Notes: a model not told the origin generated them from the letters alone. 64,000 bases of DNA from an uncultured virus (IMG/VR IMGVR_UViG_3300021376_005091) (IMGVR_UViG_3300021376_005091), one strand, 5' to 3'. Shown: positions 47,944 to 57,558, counted from the first letter of the stretch. Numbers and translations are program-made.

Positions 47944-47972
47944 TTGATTTTTTTCTAAATACCTTGTACAAT
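47944..47972 (+). promoter_or_regulatory. Sigma70-type promoter with an embedded TAAATA
   Basis: TTGATT-N17-TACAAT; TAAATA at 47956-47961. Confidence 0.5.
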
Positions 47973-48002
47973 ACAAAATAAACTTTTAAGAACAGGCAAA
48001 AA

Positions 48003-48740
48003 ATGATAGACATATTAAGAGACATAGTCAAGCACACGTACGGCTTAGGATTCCTAGACCTGGTCAAGATCACAGGCACAGCAGATGAAACGGCGATAGA
48101 TTCCATGGCCGAAGATCGGTCAGTGATACTGCAAGGCACATTCAAACAGCCACAGGCAGGATTGGCGGGCACGTTTGGGATGCCACAATTGAACAAGTTG
48201 GACATACATCTGAAATGTCCCGAATACAAGGACAAGGCACACATCACGGTGATCAAAGGCACAAGAAACAATGCCGAAGTGCCTGTGGGCATACACTTTG
48301 AGAACGAGAAGGGTGATTTCAAGAACGATTATCGTTTCATGAACGCCGAGATCATCAACGAGAAACTGAAAACTATCAAATTCAAAGGCGTCAAGTGGGA
48401 CGTGGAGATCGAGCCCACAGTGGCGGGCGTGCAGAGATTCAACTTCCAATCTGTCGCCAACACAGAACACAACACCTTCGTGGTGAGGACCGACAACGGC
48501 AACCTCATATTCACGTTTGGTGATCAGGCATCTCATGGCGGTGAATTCACTTTCGCCACAGGTGTCAAGGGCACTCTCAATAAAGGTTGGAGCTGGCCAG
48601 TGGCGCAGGTTCTCCAGATATTGAAACTGAGCGACTCCGCCAAGGTAACCTTGCATTTCTCCAACGAGGGCGCAATGCAGGTCACAGTGGATTCGGGAGT
48701 TGGCGTATATCGTTACATCATACCAGCACAGGCGCAGTGA
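48003..48740 (+). CDS. Putative DNA sliding clamp (gp45/PCNA-like)
   Basis: About 245 aa two-domain beta/alpha pattern ending YRYIIPAQ; replication context with PolB and clamp loader. Confidence 0.65.
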   Translation: MIDILRDIVKHTYGLGFLDLVKITGTADETAIDSMAEDRSVILQGTFKQPQAGLAGTFGMPQLNKLDIHLKCPEYKDKAHITVIKGTRNNAEVPVGIHFENEKGDFKNDYRFMNAEIINEKLKTIKFKGVKWDVEIEPTVAGVQRFNFQSVANTEHNTFVVRTDNGNLIFTFGDQASHGGEFTFATGVKGTLNKGWSWPVAQVLQILKLSDSAKVTLHFSNEGAMQVTVDSGVGVYRYIIPAQAQ

Positions 48741-50185
48741 TGCCAGATAACAGGCAGGAACATCTAGGGCCTTTGAACAGGGACTTTGCCCGATTCTTGC
48801 CGGCCATATCCAATTTCTACAACACCTTCATCAGCAAGCAGAGAGCGAAAGGCGATCACATATCTAAAGAAAGAATACCTAAAGGTTTTGAGAATGATGT
48901 GGAGGGATTAAACTTTCTTAATCCAGAGAAAGGTTATTTTACCTATGATGTGGGTTTATATTCAGCAGGACATGCTTGTCTAGACGTGGAAAAAGCACCT
49001 GTGGCTGACAGTATGTGTATACAGAGAGACAGAAAATTTTCTACCATAGTGGGTGATTCGGGTGGGTATCAGATAGGCCGAGGAGTTATTAATTTTGATT
49101 GGCAGGATTTCGAAGGTAACAAAGCCAATAAAGTTAGAAGCAATATTCTAAATTGGTTAGAATTAACCGCTGACTGGTCTATGACGCTGGACGTGCCAAC
49201 CTGGGCAGCGGATGAATTAAACTCTCCAAAAACAGGATTGAAGAGTTTTCAAGACACTCTAAATGGCACAATCTATAACAACAAATTCTTCCAAAAGAAC
49301 AGATTGGGACAAACTAAATTTTTGAACGTATTACAAGGAGATGATTGGGAAACGGCACAAACATGGTATGATGCCATCAAAGATTTTGAGTTTGAAGGAT
49401 GGGCAATGGGTGGCATCAACATGTGCGACATGGAAGTCTTGTTAAAAAGATTGGTCATAATGAGAGATGAGAAGAAATTGGACAAGAAAAATTGGATACA
49501 CGTGCTGGGCACATCACAACTGGATTGGGCTTGTTTCTTAACACAGATACAGAGACAGTTAAGAAAACATGTAAATCCAGATGTCACGATTAGTTTTGAT
49601 TCAGCATCCGCTTTCCTAAGCACAGCCAATGGCTTAGTGTACACACACAATCTATTCACTCCCAAGAGATGGAGTTATATCATGGAGAAAGCACCAGATG
49701 ACAAAAGATTGAAAGGCAGCACCATACCATTCCCATTCAAGAGTGCTATCGGTAATCGATTACACATGGGAGATGTTTGCTGGTATGGAGAAGGTGACCT
49801 AAATAAAAACAACAAAGAAGGCAAAACTTCTTGGGATAGTTTCAGTTATATATTAATGATGGCACACAACGTATACAATCACATCAGAGCTGTACAGATT
49901 GCCAATGACATGAATGACATAGAAATGATCAAGCACCAACCGGAAGCCAAACACTGGAGAAAGATCAAGGAATCGGACAACACAGATCAGATGAGCGATT
50001 TCGTTCCGAGAAACATACTGTATTTCAACACGTTCGTGAAGGAGGTGTTTGAGTCGGAAAAACCAATGGAGTTGATCAGTTCCGCCACATCATTCCTGGC
50101 AGACATAAGGGGCACCAGATGGCAGAGAGCCACTGGTGGCGGCAAGGGCAAGAACAACTTCAGTTCACTATTCGAAGGAGGATAA
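48740..50185 (+). CDS. dpdA: TGT-fold guanine transglycosylase, DpdA-like (start moved to 48740)
   Basis: GDSGGYQ, MTLDVP, NVLQG, WAMGG, IHVLG and SFDSAS motifs of the TGT family; clustered with folE, queE and yhhQ. Confidence 0.85.
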   Translation: MPDNRQEHLGPLNRDFARFLPAISNFYNTFISKQRAKGDHISKERIPKGFENDVEGLNFLNPEKGYFTYDVGLYSAGHACLDVEKAPVADSMCIQRDRKFSTIVGDSGGYQIGRGVINFDWQDFEGNKANKVRSNILNWLELTADWSMTLDVPTWAADELNSPKTGLKSFQDTLNGTIYNNKFFQKNRLGQTKFLNVLQGDDWETAQTWYDAIKDFEFEGWAMGGINMCDMEVLLKRLVIMRDEKKLDKKNWIHVLGTSQLDWACFLTQIQRQLRKHVNPDVTISFDSASAFLSTANGLVYTHNLFTPKRWSYIMEKAPDDKRLKGSTIPFPFKSAIGNRLHMGDVCWYGEGDLNKNNKEGKTSWDSFSYILMMAHNVYNHIRAVQIANDMNDIEMIKHQPEAKHWRKIKESDNTDQMSDFVPRNILYFNTFVKEVFESEKPMELISSATSFLADIRGTRWQRATGGGKGKNNFSSLFEGG

Positions 50186-50186
50186 A

Positions 50187-50387
50187 ATGGCCAACAAGAA
50201 CAAGCAACTGAGAAAACTTAAGATGCATCATGATTACCTCAACAGGAAGGTGGAAGAGGTTACCGAGCTTCGACGTCATGACAGGAGCATTGAAAGCAAA
50301 AGCATATTGATGCGATTGAAAAAGGAGAAATTATCGCTCAAAGATCAGATCACGGAACTGGAAAAACAACTGGTAAACAGCGAATAG
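50187..50387 (+). CDS. Small coiled-coil protein, DUF465/YdcH-like (start moved to 50187)
   Basis: GGAGG RBS; H..L..KV...RLKKEKL.LKDQI. Confidence 0.65.
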   Translation: MANKNKQLRKLKMHHDYLNRKVEEVTELRRHDRSIESKSILMRLKKEKLSLKDQITELEKQLVNSE

Positions 50388-50389
50388 CT

Positions 50390-50417
50390 TTGACAAATTA
50401 AATTATCATGCTACAAT
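50390..50417 (+). promoter_or_regulatory. Sigma70-type promoter with extended -10
   Basis: TTGACA-N16-TACAAT with TGn, 8 nt before ATG 50426. Confidence 0.65.
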
Positions 50418-50425
50418 TAGGCAAC

Positions 50426-50944
50426 ATGAACAGAGATTATGCAACAGGACATTATAGCAACAGCGAGGTCAATGTGTTCACTGGCGTTGAAATTGAGCAC
50501 ACCATTGCATATGGTAAAAGAACTTTATTTTTGGCCACAAATAGTCTAAGCACTGATGATGTGTTGGAACTGGCCACCATGAATGGCTGCGAGGCAGTGT
50601 ATTATGGAGCCAACAGGACGTTCCAGTACAACCTAGGCACGCAGGTTTTCCAGATGAAAAAGTTGTTGGACAATGGTTATTATGTCACCATCGATTATCC
50701 CTACGCTGATCACGAAGAAGTCAAGAAAAGATTCGCACTGATATGGAACGAACCTAGGTTCATACCATTTTGCTCCATCATATTCCAGCACAGCGACGAT
50801 GACCAACAACTGCACTTCAAGATAGACGATGTCACTTTCAGACACAGCAATCCAGGAGTGTGGACCATGAGCATGAAAGAATTTAAAGAAAAGTCGGGAT
50901 TCACAGATTGGGACCAATATGGCAAGGATGAAATCATAAAATGA
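50426..50944 (+). CDS. Hypothetical protein in the deazaguanine cluster (start moved to 50426)
   Basis: FTGVEIEHT.AYG..TLF, KIDD..F..SNPGVW, FTDW..Y..D. Confidence 0.65.
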   Translation: MNRDYATGHYSNSEVNVFTGVEIEHTIAYGKRTLFLATNSLSTDDVLELATMNGCEAVYYGANRTFQYNLGTQVFQMKKLLDNGYYVTIDYPYADHEEVKKRFALIWNEPRFIPFCSIIFQHSDDDQQLHFKIDDVTFRHSNPGVWTMSMKEFKEKSGFTDWDQYGKDEIIK

Positions 50945-51363
50945 TAGAAGCACAGAGAGAGCAGGCACTGAAAGAAAAATTAGGTCAAAGCTCAAAGATG
51001 ATCTGGGTCACTTTCCGCAAGGAAGGCATACACAAATATCCCGCGGCACTGACAGATTCAAAATTGGCCACAGGTGATGAATATGACGTGAGCTTCTTGG
51101 GCTATCCCCACAGGCACATGTTCCATTTTCATGTAGCGATAGAGGTGTTCCACGATGACCGAGACATTGAATTCATACAGTTCAAGAGATGGTTGGAAAA
51201 ATTATACACAGAGAAGACGCTGGCACTTGATTACAAAAGTTGTGAAATGATATCGGATGATCTGTATCTCGCGATCATACAACGTTATCCAGGCAGAAAA
51301 ATAACAATAGAAGTATCAGAGGATGGAGAGAATGGCTCGAAAGCAGAATACCCAAGAGGTTAA
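50941..51363 (+). CDS. QueD-paralogous T-fold protein, DpdL-like
   Basis: EGIH, LGYPHRHMF (LxxxHRHxF in place of QueD CxxxHGH), SCEMI, VSEDGENG. Confidence 0.7.
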   Translation: MIEAQREQALKEKLGQSSKMIWVTFRKEGIHKYPAALTDSKLATGDEYDVSFLGYPHRHMFHFHVAIEVFHDDRDIEFIQFKRWLEKLYTEKTLALDYKSCEMISDDLYLAIIQRYPGRKITIEVSEDGENGSKAEYPRG

Positions 51364-51682
51364 CATAGAAGTAAACATTCCGGTCAGAACGCTGACCCGG
51401 AGGAAAGGATATCTCCCCATAGGTGGCGGGGCTCTAAATGCCGACTACACCTTCGTGGATGCCGTGGCCAATGTTTGCACCATGATGGGCAGCGCTGGTT
51501 ATACCTATGGCAAGGATTTCATCTGGGCGTATCACGGCTACAATGATGACATGGAAGACACGGTGACCCTATATGTTCGGGATGAAAAGATCAGGACATG
51601 GCTGCATCTGCGAGCGAAGTGTGATTACCATATCAAACACACTAGTGATGGTGGTGTCAAATTAACAAGGATTGCTCGATGA
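51323..51682 (+). CDS. Hypothetical protein
   Basis: Overlap-coupled within the cluster. Confidence 0.55.
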   Translation: MERMARKQNTQEVNIEVNIPVRTLTRRKGYLPIGGGALNADYTFVDAVANVCTMMGSAGYTYGKDFIWAYHGYNDDMEDTVTLYVRDEKIRTWLHLRAKCDYHIKHTSDGGVKLTRIAR

Positions 51683-51984
51683 GAATAAGATTAGTATTTG
51701 AACCACATGCTGGCGTTAACATCAATAACAATCAAACCTTCCGTCATTACGGAGAAAATTATCTCAGTGATTTTGCCGTGGAATGGGGAGGATTCATAGT
51801 TTTAGATTCTAACGAGACATTGTATGGACGAGCAGAACCGTTGTATCAATTTTTAATACATGAAGGCAATGACAATATTTTGGCGGACCTAATGAGATAT
51901 TTGAAAACCAATCCCATGCATGGGTATCACACCCACGTGCTGGTAGGTAAGAAGAGCCAGAAGGAGGTGATTGTAAGCACGTGA
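51679..51984 (+). CDS. Hypothetical protein
   Basis: ATGA/GTGA overlaps with neighbours. Confidence 0.55.
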   Translation: MRIRLVFEPHAGVNINNNQTFRHYGENYLSDFAVEWGGFIVLDSNETLYGRAEPLYQFLIHEGNDNILADLMRYLKTNPMHGYHTHVLVGKKSQKEVIVST

Positions 51985-53159
51985 TGAAAATATTTTACAT
52001 GGGCCTGGAGCCCTATGAAGGTCGCTACACGCTACAGTTAACCGATTGGACCGAGAGAATCTACAAGAAACGCGGCATAGACTACGTGGTCGTGCCCGGC
52101 ACCACCATAGACAATTCCAAAGCCATAGTGACTGGACAGGTGCTGGACGCACACGGCAGGAGCTATTTCGGCATGAGCCAGATGATGAATTTGGTTCGCA
52201 TGATGAAATCTGGAGAAGTTACTTCTGATGACGTGATATTTTTTGAGGACATGTTCCAACCGGGCATGGAATCGCTGCCCTACATCATACAACAGTCGCC
52301 AGAGAAGTACAGGCCGAGGATATATCTAAGGTGCCTGGCACAGTCCATAGATCCAGATGACTTCGTGCATGTCTGGCGCATGAGCCGATGGATGAGCCTG
52401 TATGAACAGATGTGCAACGAGATACCCAACGTGCATATACTTGCCACGAACGAGGAGATGGTGGCACATATGAGAATAGCCAACTGGCGCGCTCCCATCT
52501 ACAACATTTCCGGTCTGAGTTATGGCAAACAGGAAGTGCTGGAGAGAATCAAGACCATCAGACCATTTGATCAAAGAACAATGAGAGTTGGCTACGCCGC
52601 CAGATGGGATCAGGAAAAGCAGCCAGGGTTTTTCATGGATCTAATCGAGCAATGGCTTGCCGACGAGTCATTGCCTGCCACGGAGTTCGCCGTTTACTGT
52701 GGCGGACCATTGCGATCCAACAACATAAACTATGTTCATCGCGCAAGGCACTTGGAGAAGTCTGGCAAAATTAAAATTTACGAACACTTGAAAAAAAATG
52801 ACTACTATGAACTGTTGAATGACACCAGAGTGCTGTTCAACTGCGCACTGCAGGACTGGGTGTCAAACACAGTGTCCGAAGCTGACACACTGGGCTGCAA
52901 TGTTCTTTTTCCGGCATATAGGTCATTCCCAGAAACATTCGCCAATGACGACAGCAGGATGTACGTGCCATGGAGCAGCAGAGACGCCATGCAAAAATTG
53001 AAAGTGTTGTTGCAGGCACCATCGCCAAACATGGGCAAGATATCGGATTGGACCGACGGCACGGTGGACAGAATGATCGACATCATTACAGGCAAGGGAG
53101 AGCAATGGAGGAGAGATGGAAGCGACTACAGGACGTATGCGCCCGAAGCCAAGTACTAA
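51981..53159 (+). CDS. GT-B fold glycosyltransferase (GT4-like)
   Basis: YAARWDQEKQP, YYELL, NCALQDWVSNTVSEADTLGC..L.P, SFPE. Confidence 0.78.
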   Translation: MMKIFYMGLEPYEGRYTLQLTDWTERIYKKRGIDYVVVPGTTIDNSKAIVTGQVLDAHGRSYFGMSQMMNLVRMMKSGEVTSDDVIFFEDMFQPGMESLPYIIQQSPEKYRPRIYLRCLAQSIDPDDFVHVWRMSRWMSLYEQMCNEIPNVHILATNEEMVAHMRIANWRAPIYNISGLSYGKQEVLERIKTIRPFDQRTMRVGYAARWDQEKQPGFFMDLIEQWLADESLPATEFAVYCGGPLRSNNINYVHRARHLEKSGKIKIYEHLKKNDYYELLNDTRVLFNCALQDWVSNTVSEADTLGCNVLFPAYRSFPETFANDDSRMYVPWSSRDAMQKLKVLLQAPSPNMGKISDWTDGTVDRMIDIITGKGEQWRRDGSDYRTYAPEAKY

Positions 53160-54156
53160 AGGCATCAGCAAGTCGGTGCTGGTAGTGGGAGGGGCCGGCT
53201 ACATCGGTTCTCACACCGCCAAGGAGCTGACCAAGAATGGGTTCACTCCGGTCGTGGTTGACAGAGACATCAAGACCAAACCCTGGGCCACGCAGTTTGG
53301 ACCGGCATTTGAATGCCATCTGCCCAGAGACACTGACTTCCTGCAGGAAATCATCAACAGATACAACATAGACTCCTGTATACATTTCGCCGCGCACACC
53401 CAGGTGGGAGAGTCTGTGAGAGATCCATCTAAATATTACAAGAACAACGTGATAATGACTGTGCAGTTGTTGGACAAGTTGAGAGATCTAGGCATCAACA
53501 AGGTGGTCTTCTCTTCAAGCGCTGCAGTGTATGGCATTCCCGCCAACGGAGTGGCCAGGGATGATGACATCAACCTGCATCCAATCAACCCGTATGGCAG
53601 GAGCAAGTTGATGATTGAAAATGTATTGAAGGACTATCATGTGGCCTATGGACTGAGCAGCGTCAGCCTGCGCTATTTCAACGCCGCGGGAGCGGACGCT
53701 GACAGCGAGATCGGTGAACTGCGCGAGGACGAGACGCATATCATACCATTGGCCATAGATGCAGCACATAGAGATCGAGAATTCAAGCTGTTTGGCACTG
53801 ATTTTGACACAGCGGATGGGACCTGTGTGAGAGACTATGTCCACGTGACCGATCTCGCGGTGGCGCACGTGCTGGCACTGCAGCGAGCGTCTGGTGATGT
53901 GATCTGTGAGACTTATAACCTGGGCTCCGGCATCAGCACAAGCAACAGGCAACTGTTGGAGACCATAAAAAAATACGTGGGGCACATCAAGATAATGGAA
54001 ATGCCGCGCAGGGCGGGCGATCCACCTGTGCTGGTGGCCGACAACACACGCGCGAACACAGAACTTGGCTGGCGGCCATCACACAGTTCTATTGACAACA
54101 TCGTGGCCACTGCTGTAAAATGGTATAACAAGATTAACCAAAAAGAATTTAACTGA
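53116..54156 (+). CDS. galE: UDP-glucose 4-epimerase
   Basis: GGAGYIGSH, HFAA, SSSAAVYG, YGRSK, LRYFNAAGA, DGTCVRDYVHV, RRAGDP. Confidence 0.93.
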   Translation: MEATTGRMRPKPSTKGISKSVLVVGGAGYIGSHTAKELTKNGFTPVVVDRDIKTKPWATQFGPAFECHLPRDTDFLQEIINRYNIDSCIHFAAHTQVGESVRDPSKYYKNNVIMTVQLLDKLRDLGINKVVFSSSAAVYGIPANGVARDDDINLHPINPYGRSKLMIENVLKDYHVAYGLSSVSLRYFNAAGADADSEIGELREDETHIIPLAIDAAHRDREFKLFGTDFDTADGTCVRDYVHVTDLAVAHVLALQRASGDVICETYNLGSGISTSNRQLLETIKKYVGHIKIMEMPRRAGDPPVLVADNTRANTELGWRPSHSSIDNIVATAVKWYNKINQKEFN

Positions 54157-54908
54157 TGTCAGACACACGTAAAGATATCATGTCAGGGGGTTTGATGGAC
54201 ACTTGGACTGACAAAAACAAGCCGATCAGCCAGCAGATACGCGAAAGGATAGTGAAGTCAGGTGAGAGGTTCTTCGCGGCGGACAACATCAGCAGATATA
54301 TTGAAAATGGGGAGAGAGAAAAACTGATTGACGAGCTGACCACGAAATTCGACGCTGTGCTGGACAGCTTGGTCATAGACAGGACCAATGATCCCAACAG
54401 CGTTGGCACAGGCCGCAGGCTGGCCAAGATGTACATAACGGAGATCATGGGAGGGAGATACAACCCTCCACCAGAAGTCACGACATTTCCCAACGAAGAT
54501 GGCAGATACGATCAGCTGATAGTGATCAGGTCCGACATCAAGAGCATGTGCTCGCATCACCATCAGCCCATGACGGGCGTGTGCTACATCGGATGTCTCC
54601 CGGGCAAGCGTCTGATCGGACTCAGCAAGTACACCAGGATAGCGCAGCACCAGGCCGCGAGAGGACATCTGCAGGAAGAGCTCACAGAGAAGATAGCATA
54701 CAAGATAGCACAGCTCACGGAAAGCCCGGCAGTGGGTGTCTACATCAGGGCCAGACACGGCTGCTGCGAGAACCGAGGGATAAGAAGCGGTGATTCCAGC
54801 ACGCAGACCACGGTGCTGAAGGGGTTATTGAAGACGGACCCGGCATTGAAGAGTGAATTTATGCACAACATACAACTGCAGGAAGCACAGTGTGGGCCAA
54901 ATGGATAA
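54156..54908 (+). CDS. folE: GTP cyclohydrolase I
   Basis: SMCSHHH, GLSKYTR, LQEELT, HGCCENRG. Confidence 0.93.
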   Translation: MSDTRKDIMSGGLMDTWTDKNKPISQQIRERIVKSGERFFAADNISRYIENGEREKLIDELTTKFDAVLDSLVIDRTNDPNSVGTGRRLAKMYITEIMGGRYNPPPEVTTFPNEDGRYDQLIVIRSDIKSMCSHHHQPMTGVCYIGCLPGKRLIGLSKYTRIAQHQAARGHLQEELTEKIAYKIAQLTESPAVGVYIRARHGCCENRGIRSGDSSTQTTVLKGLLKTDPALKSEFMHNIQLQEAQCGPNG

Positions 54909-55179
54909 AAAACTTACAGCAATGACTTCTGCATCACTTTTCCCTGAGCTGGACGCCAGCGAAACCTTTGCGCTGGATGAAACGTTGTACAACACAGACA
55001 TCAACGTGGGCACAGTGGCCACGGCGGCCAACGTGCAGATGGATTGGGGAGACATGTTCTACACCTCAAAAGATGAAGAGCTTAGACAGAAGTATCCGGC
55101 TTTGAAGCAGGCATGGGATCACTACCACAACATATTGAACATGTGCAAGACCAGAGAAGGAGAAATGGATGCGAATTGA
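54901..55179 (+). CDS. Hypothetical protein (start moved to 54901)
   Basis: LRQKYPALKQAWDHY motif; coupled to folE and guaC. Confidence 0.6.
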   Translation: MDKKLTAMTSASLFPELDASETFALDETLYNTDINVGTVATAANVQMDWGDMFYTSKDEELRQKYPALKQAWDHYHNILNMCKTREGEMDAN

Positions 55180-56212
55180 TCACACCCTGCATCTGGATTA
55201 TTCCGACGTGTTGCTCAAACCCAAGAGATCCACGCTTAACTCTCGCAGAGACGTGGACATGACGAGAGACTTCACATTCAGGAACAGCCGCAAACAACTT
55301 TCATACACACCAATAATGGCCAGCAACATGGATGGAGTTGGCACTTTTTCCATGGCACGCGTGCTACAGGATTACAAGATGCTGACGGTGATACGCAAGC
55401 ACTACACTATAGACCAATGGAAGCAGACCGCGGGCACAGGCATAAAATTCAAATATGTGTCTGCGTGCGTGGGAACGGGAGCCATATGGGACGAGAACAC
55501 GCAGGACTACCAGACACTGAAACAGGTCATGCGGGCATTCCCGGACATACCAACCATAACGATAGACGTGGCCAACGCATACCACGAACAGTTCGTGGAC
55601 TTTGTGAAGAGGATAAGATCCGAATACCCAGACAAGGTGCTGATAGCGGGCAACGTCGTGTCGCCTGAGATGACAGAGGAACTGATAATAAACGGCGCAG
55701 ACGTGGTCAAGATCGGCATAGGGCCTGGATCCGTGTGCACCACCAGGACTCAGACCGGGGTGGGAGTGCCGCAGTTCTCCGCTATCGTGGAGTGTGCTGA
55801 CGCTGCCAATGGAGTTGGCGGGCACATCATAGCCGATGGAGGTTGCACCCAGTCCGGAGACGTGTCAAAGGCGCTGGCTGCCGGCGCACACTTCGTGATG
55901 CTGGGAGGCATGCTGGCGGCACATGAAGAATCAGAATTGGAGCTGCGTGATGGCAAGAGAGTTTTTTATGGCATGAGTTCCGAGTCGGCCTTTGAGAGGT
56001 ATGGCATGCGCAAGGACGGCTACAGAGGCACAGAGGGAAAGACAGTGCTGCTGGATGACCGAGGTCCTGTGAAGGACACAGTGGAACAGATATTGGGTGG
56101 TGTGAGAAGCACCTGCACCTACATCGGAGCTAGACGTATCAAGGACATGCCGAAGTGCGCTCACTTCGTGAGGGTCAACAACGTGATCAACAGGGTCTAC
56201 GATGGCAAGTAA
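55169..56212 (+). CDS. guaC: GMP reductase
   Basis: ASNMDGVGT, IDVANAY, GIGPGSVCTTR, ADGG, FYGMSS, GGVRSTCTYIG; 347 aa. Confidence 0.92.
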   Translation: MRIDHTLHLDYSDVLLKPKRSTLNSRRDVDMTRDFTFRNSRKQLSYTPIMASNMDGVGTFSMARVLQDYKMLTVIRKHYTIDQWKQTAGTGIKFKYVSACVGTGAIWDENTQDYQTLKQVMRAFPDIPTITIDVANAYHEQFVDFVKRIRSEYPDKVLIAGNVVSPEMTEELIINGADVVKIGIGPGSVCTTRTQTGVGVPQFSAIVECADAANGVGGHIIADGGCTQSGDVSKALAAGAHFVMLGGMLAAHEESELELRDGKRVFYGMSSESAFERYGMRKDGYRGTEGKTVLLDDRGPVKDTVEQILGGVRSTCTYIGARRIKDMPKCAHFVRVNNVINRVYDGK

Positions 56213-56435
56213 ATTACCAACCAAACCTTACCAATCGCTGGCCTGGATCGGAACAGTGGTTCTGTTGTGCGCCGCCACGCTGGCAGCCTTCAACGTGTTT
56301 CCGGTATATGTGTATCTATTTTGCGTGGCCAATGGCATATGGGTGCTAGTGGGCATACTGTGGCAAGAACGCAGTCTAATAGCACTTAATGCAGGATTAA
56401 CAGCCATCTACGTGGCAGGATTACTATTAAAATGA
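56202..56435 (+). CDS. Small membrane protein
   Basis: Three hydrophobic helices. Confidence 0.6.
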   Translation: MASKLPTKPYQSLAWIGTVVLLCAATLAAFNVFPVYVYLFCVANGIWVLVGILWQERSLIALNAGLTAIYVAGLLLK

Positions 56436-56899
56436 CAGCGGTTGATACTGTGCAAAAAACTTATTTTACCACACTGCAGATGCGCCAGGCACTGACTCAA
56501 ATTGAGGATCAGCTGGTGCATTCCATGTGGATGCCTAGCATTATACTGGGCATCAACAGAGGTGGCTGCGTGCCAGGAGTGTACCTATCACATAGATTGA
56601 AAAAGGAGCACGCAGTGCTGGACGTGCGACTGAGGGATCATGCAGTCAAGCCCAACCTCTCTGTGCTGGAAAAAGAATACGCATTTCAGAAAAAGATTTT
56701 GATCATTGACGACATCAACGACACCGGAGCCACGTTCCAATACATCGTGGACAACTTTGGAAAACCTGAGCGTGTGCGTTTTGCTGCTGTGGTCAATAAC
56801 AAACCATCGCCTGTCAAAATGGACTACCAGGGCTACGAGATTGACAAAAGTCTACAGCCGCAGTGGGTGGTCTTTCCATGGGAGGAATGGCAAACCTAA
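56432..56899 (+). CDS. Type I phosphoribosyltransferase (Gpt-like)
   Basis: GINRGG, ILIIDDINDTGAT PRPP motif, WVVFPWE. Confidence 0.88.
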   Translation: MTAVDTVQKTYFTTLQMRQALTQIEDQLVHSMWMPSIILGINRGGCVPGVYLSHRLKKEHAVLDVRLRDHAVKPNLSVLEKEYAFQKKILIIDDINDTGATFQYIVDNFGKPERVRFAAVVNNKPSPVKMDYQGYEIDKSLQPQWVVFPWEEWQT

Positions 56900-56910
56900 A
56901 AAGGAGAAAC

Positions 56911-57552
56911 ATGACAAACTATCTAAACAATCTGTTGAAAGATGTTGACCGTGGCCTGTTGCGGAATTTGGTGATATTCCACACAGTGATCATTGCTATT
57001 AGCAATTATCTTGTGACCATACGCTTCAATCTCTTTGCAGAAAAGATCAACATACTGGGCTGGCAGACCAGCTTCCCATTGGCAGCTGCGGCCTTCACGT
57101 TCCCGCTGGTGGTGGTCGCAAGCGATCTCACCGTGCGGTTGGTGGGCAAGCACACCGCCAGGGCGGTGGTGGCCATGGCCATGCTGCCCGCCATAGTGGC
57201 GTCGGTGGCTGTGCTTCTTATATTGAAGGACCCACACGCAATCAGAGTGGGCGTGGCATCCGGCACCGCATATGCAGTGGGCACCATGCTGGACGTTTAC
57301 GTGATGCAGTACATACGTGAGAAGTGGACCAGCAACTGGTGGCTGGCTCCGGCCCTCAGCACTGTGGCGGCCAACATCATTGACACCTACACATTCTTCT
57401 ACACTGCGTTCTATCCGCAGCCGTGGGTGCATGCGGTGGCCTTCAACAACACCTTGGTCAAAATCATTGTGGGATTCATAATCTTTTTGCCCGCGTATGG
57501 AGTGTTGCTGATGTATCTGCAGAACAAGCTGCAGAGGAAACTGGTTGGATAG
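56911..57552 (+). CDS. yhhQ: Queuosine-precursor (7-deazaguanine) transporter, YhhQ/VUT family (start moved to 56911)
   Basis: AAGGAG RBS; IAISNYLV, FTFP....SDLTVR, ASGTAY..G..LDV, ST...NIIDT..F. Confidence 0.88.
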   Translation: MTNYLNNLLKDVDRGLLRNLVIFHTVIIAISNYLVTIRFNLFAEKINILGWQTSFPLAAAAFTFPLVVVASDLTVRLVGKHTARAVVAMAMLPAIVASVAVLLILKDPHAIRVGVASGTAYAVGTMLDVYVMQYIREKWTSNWWLAPALSTVAANIIDTYTFFYTAFYPQPWVHAVAFNNTLVKIIVGFIIFLPAYGVLLMYLQNKLQRKLVG

Positions 57553-57558
57553 ATCATG

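Noticed and set aside
48587..48739. Long N-terminal overlap of DpdA with the clamp gene, as in the ORF track
   Set aside because: TGATG coupling at 48740 gives a better start; similar over-extended starts were trimmed for other ORFs
56880..56911. preQ1 riboswitch upstream of yhhQ or queE
   Set aside because: Only 11 nt of intergenic space before yhhQ, queE overlaps an upstream ORF, and no preQ1 aptamer pattern was seen
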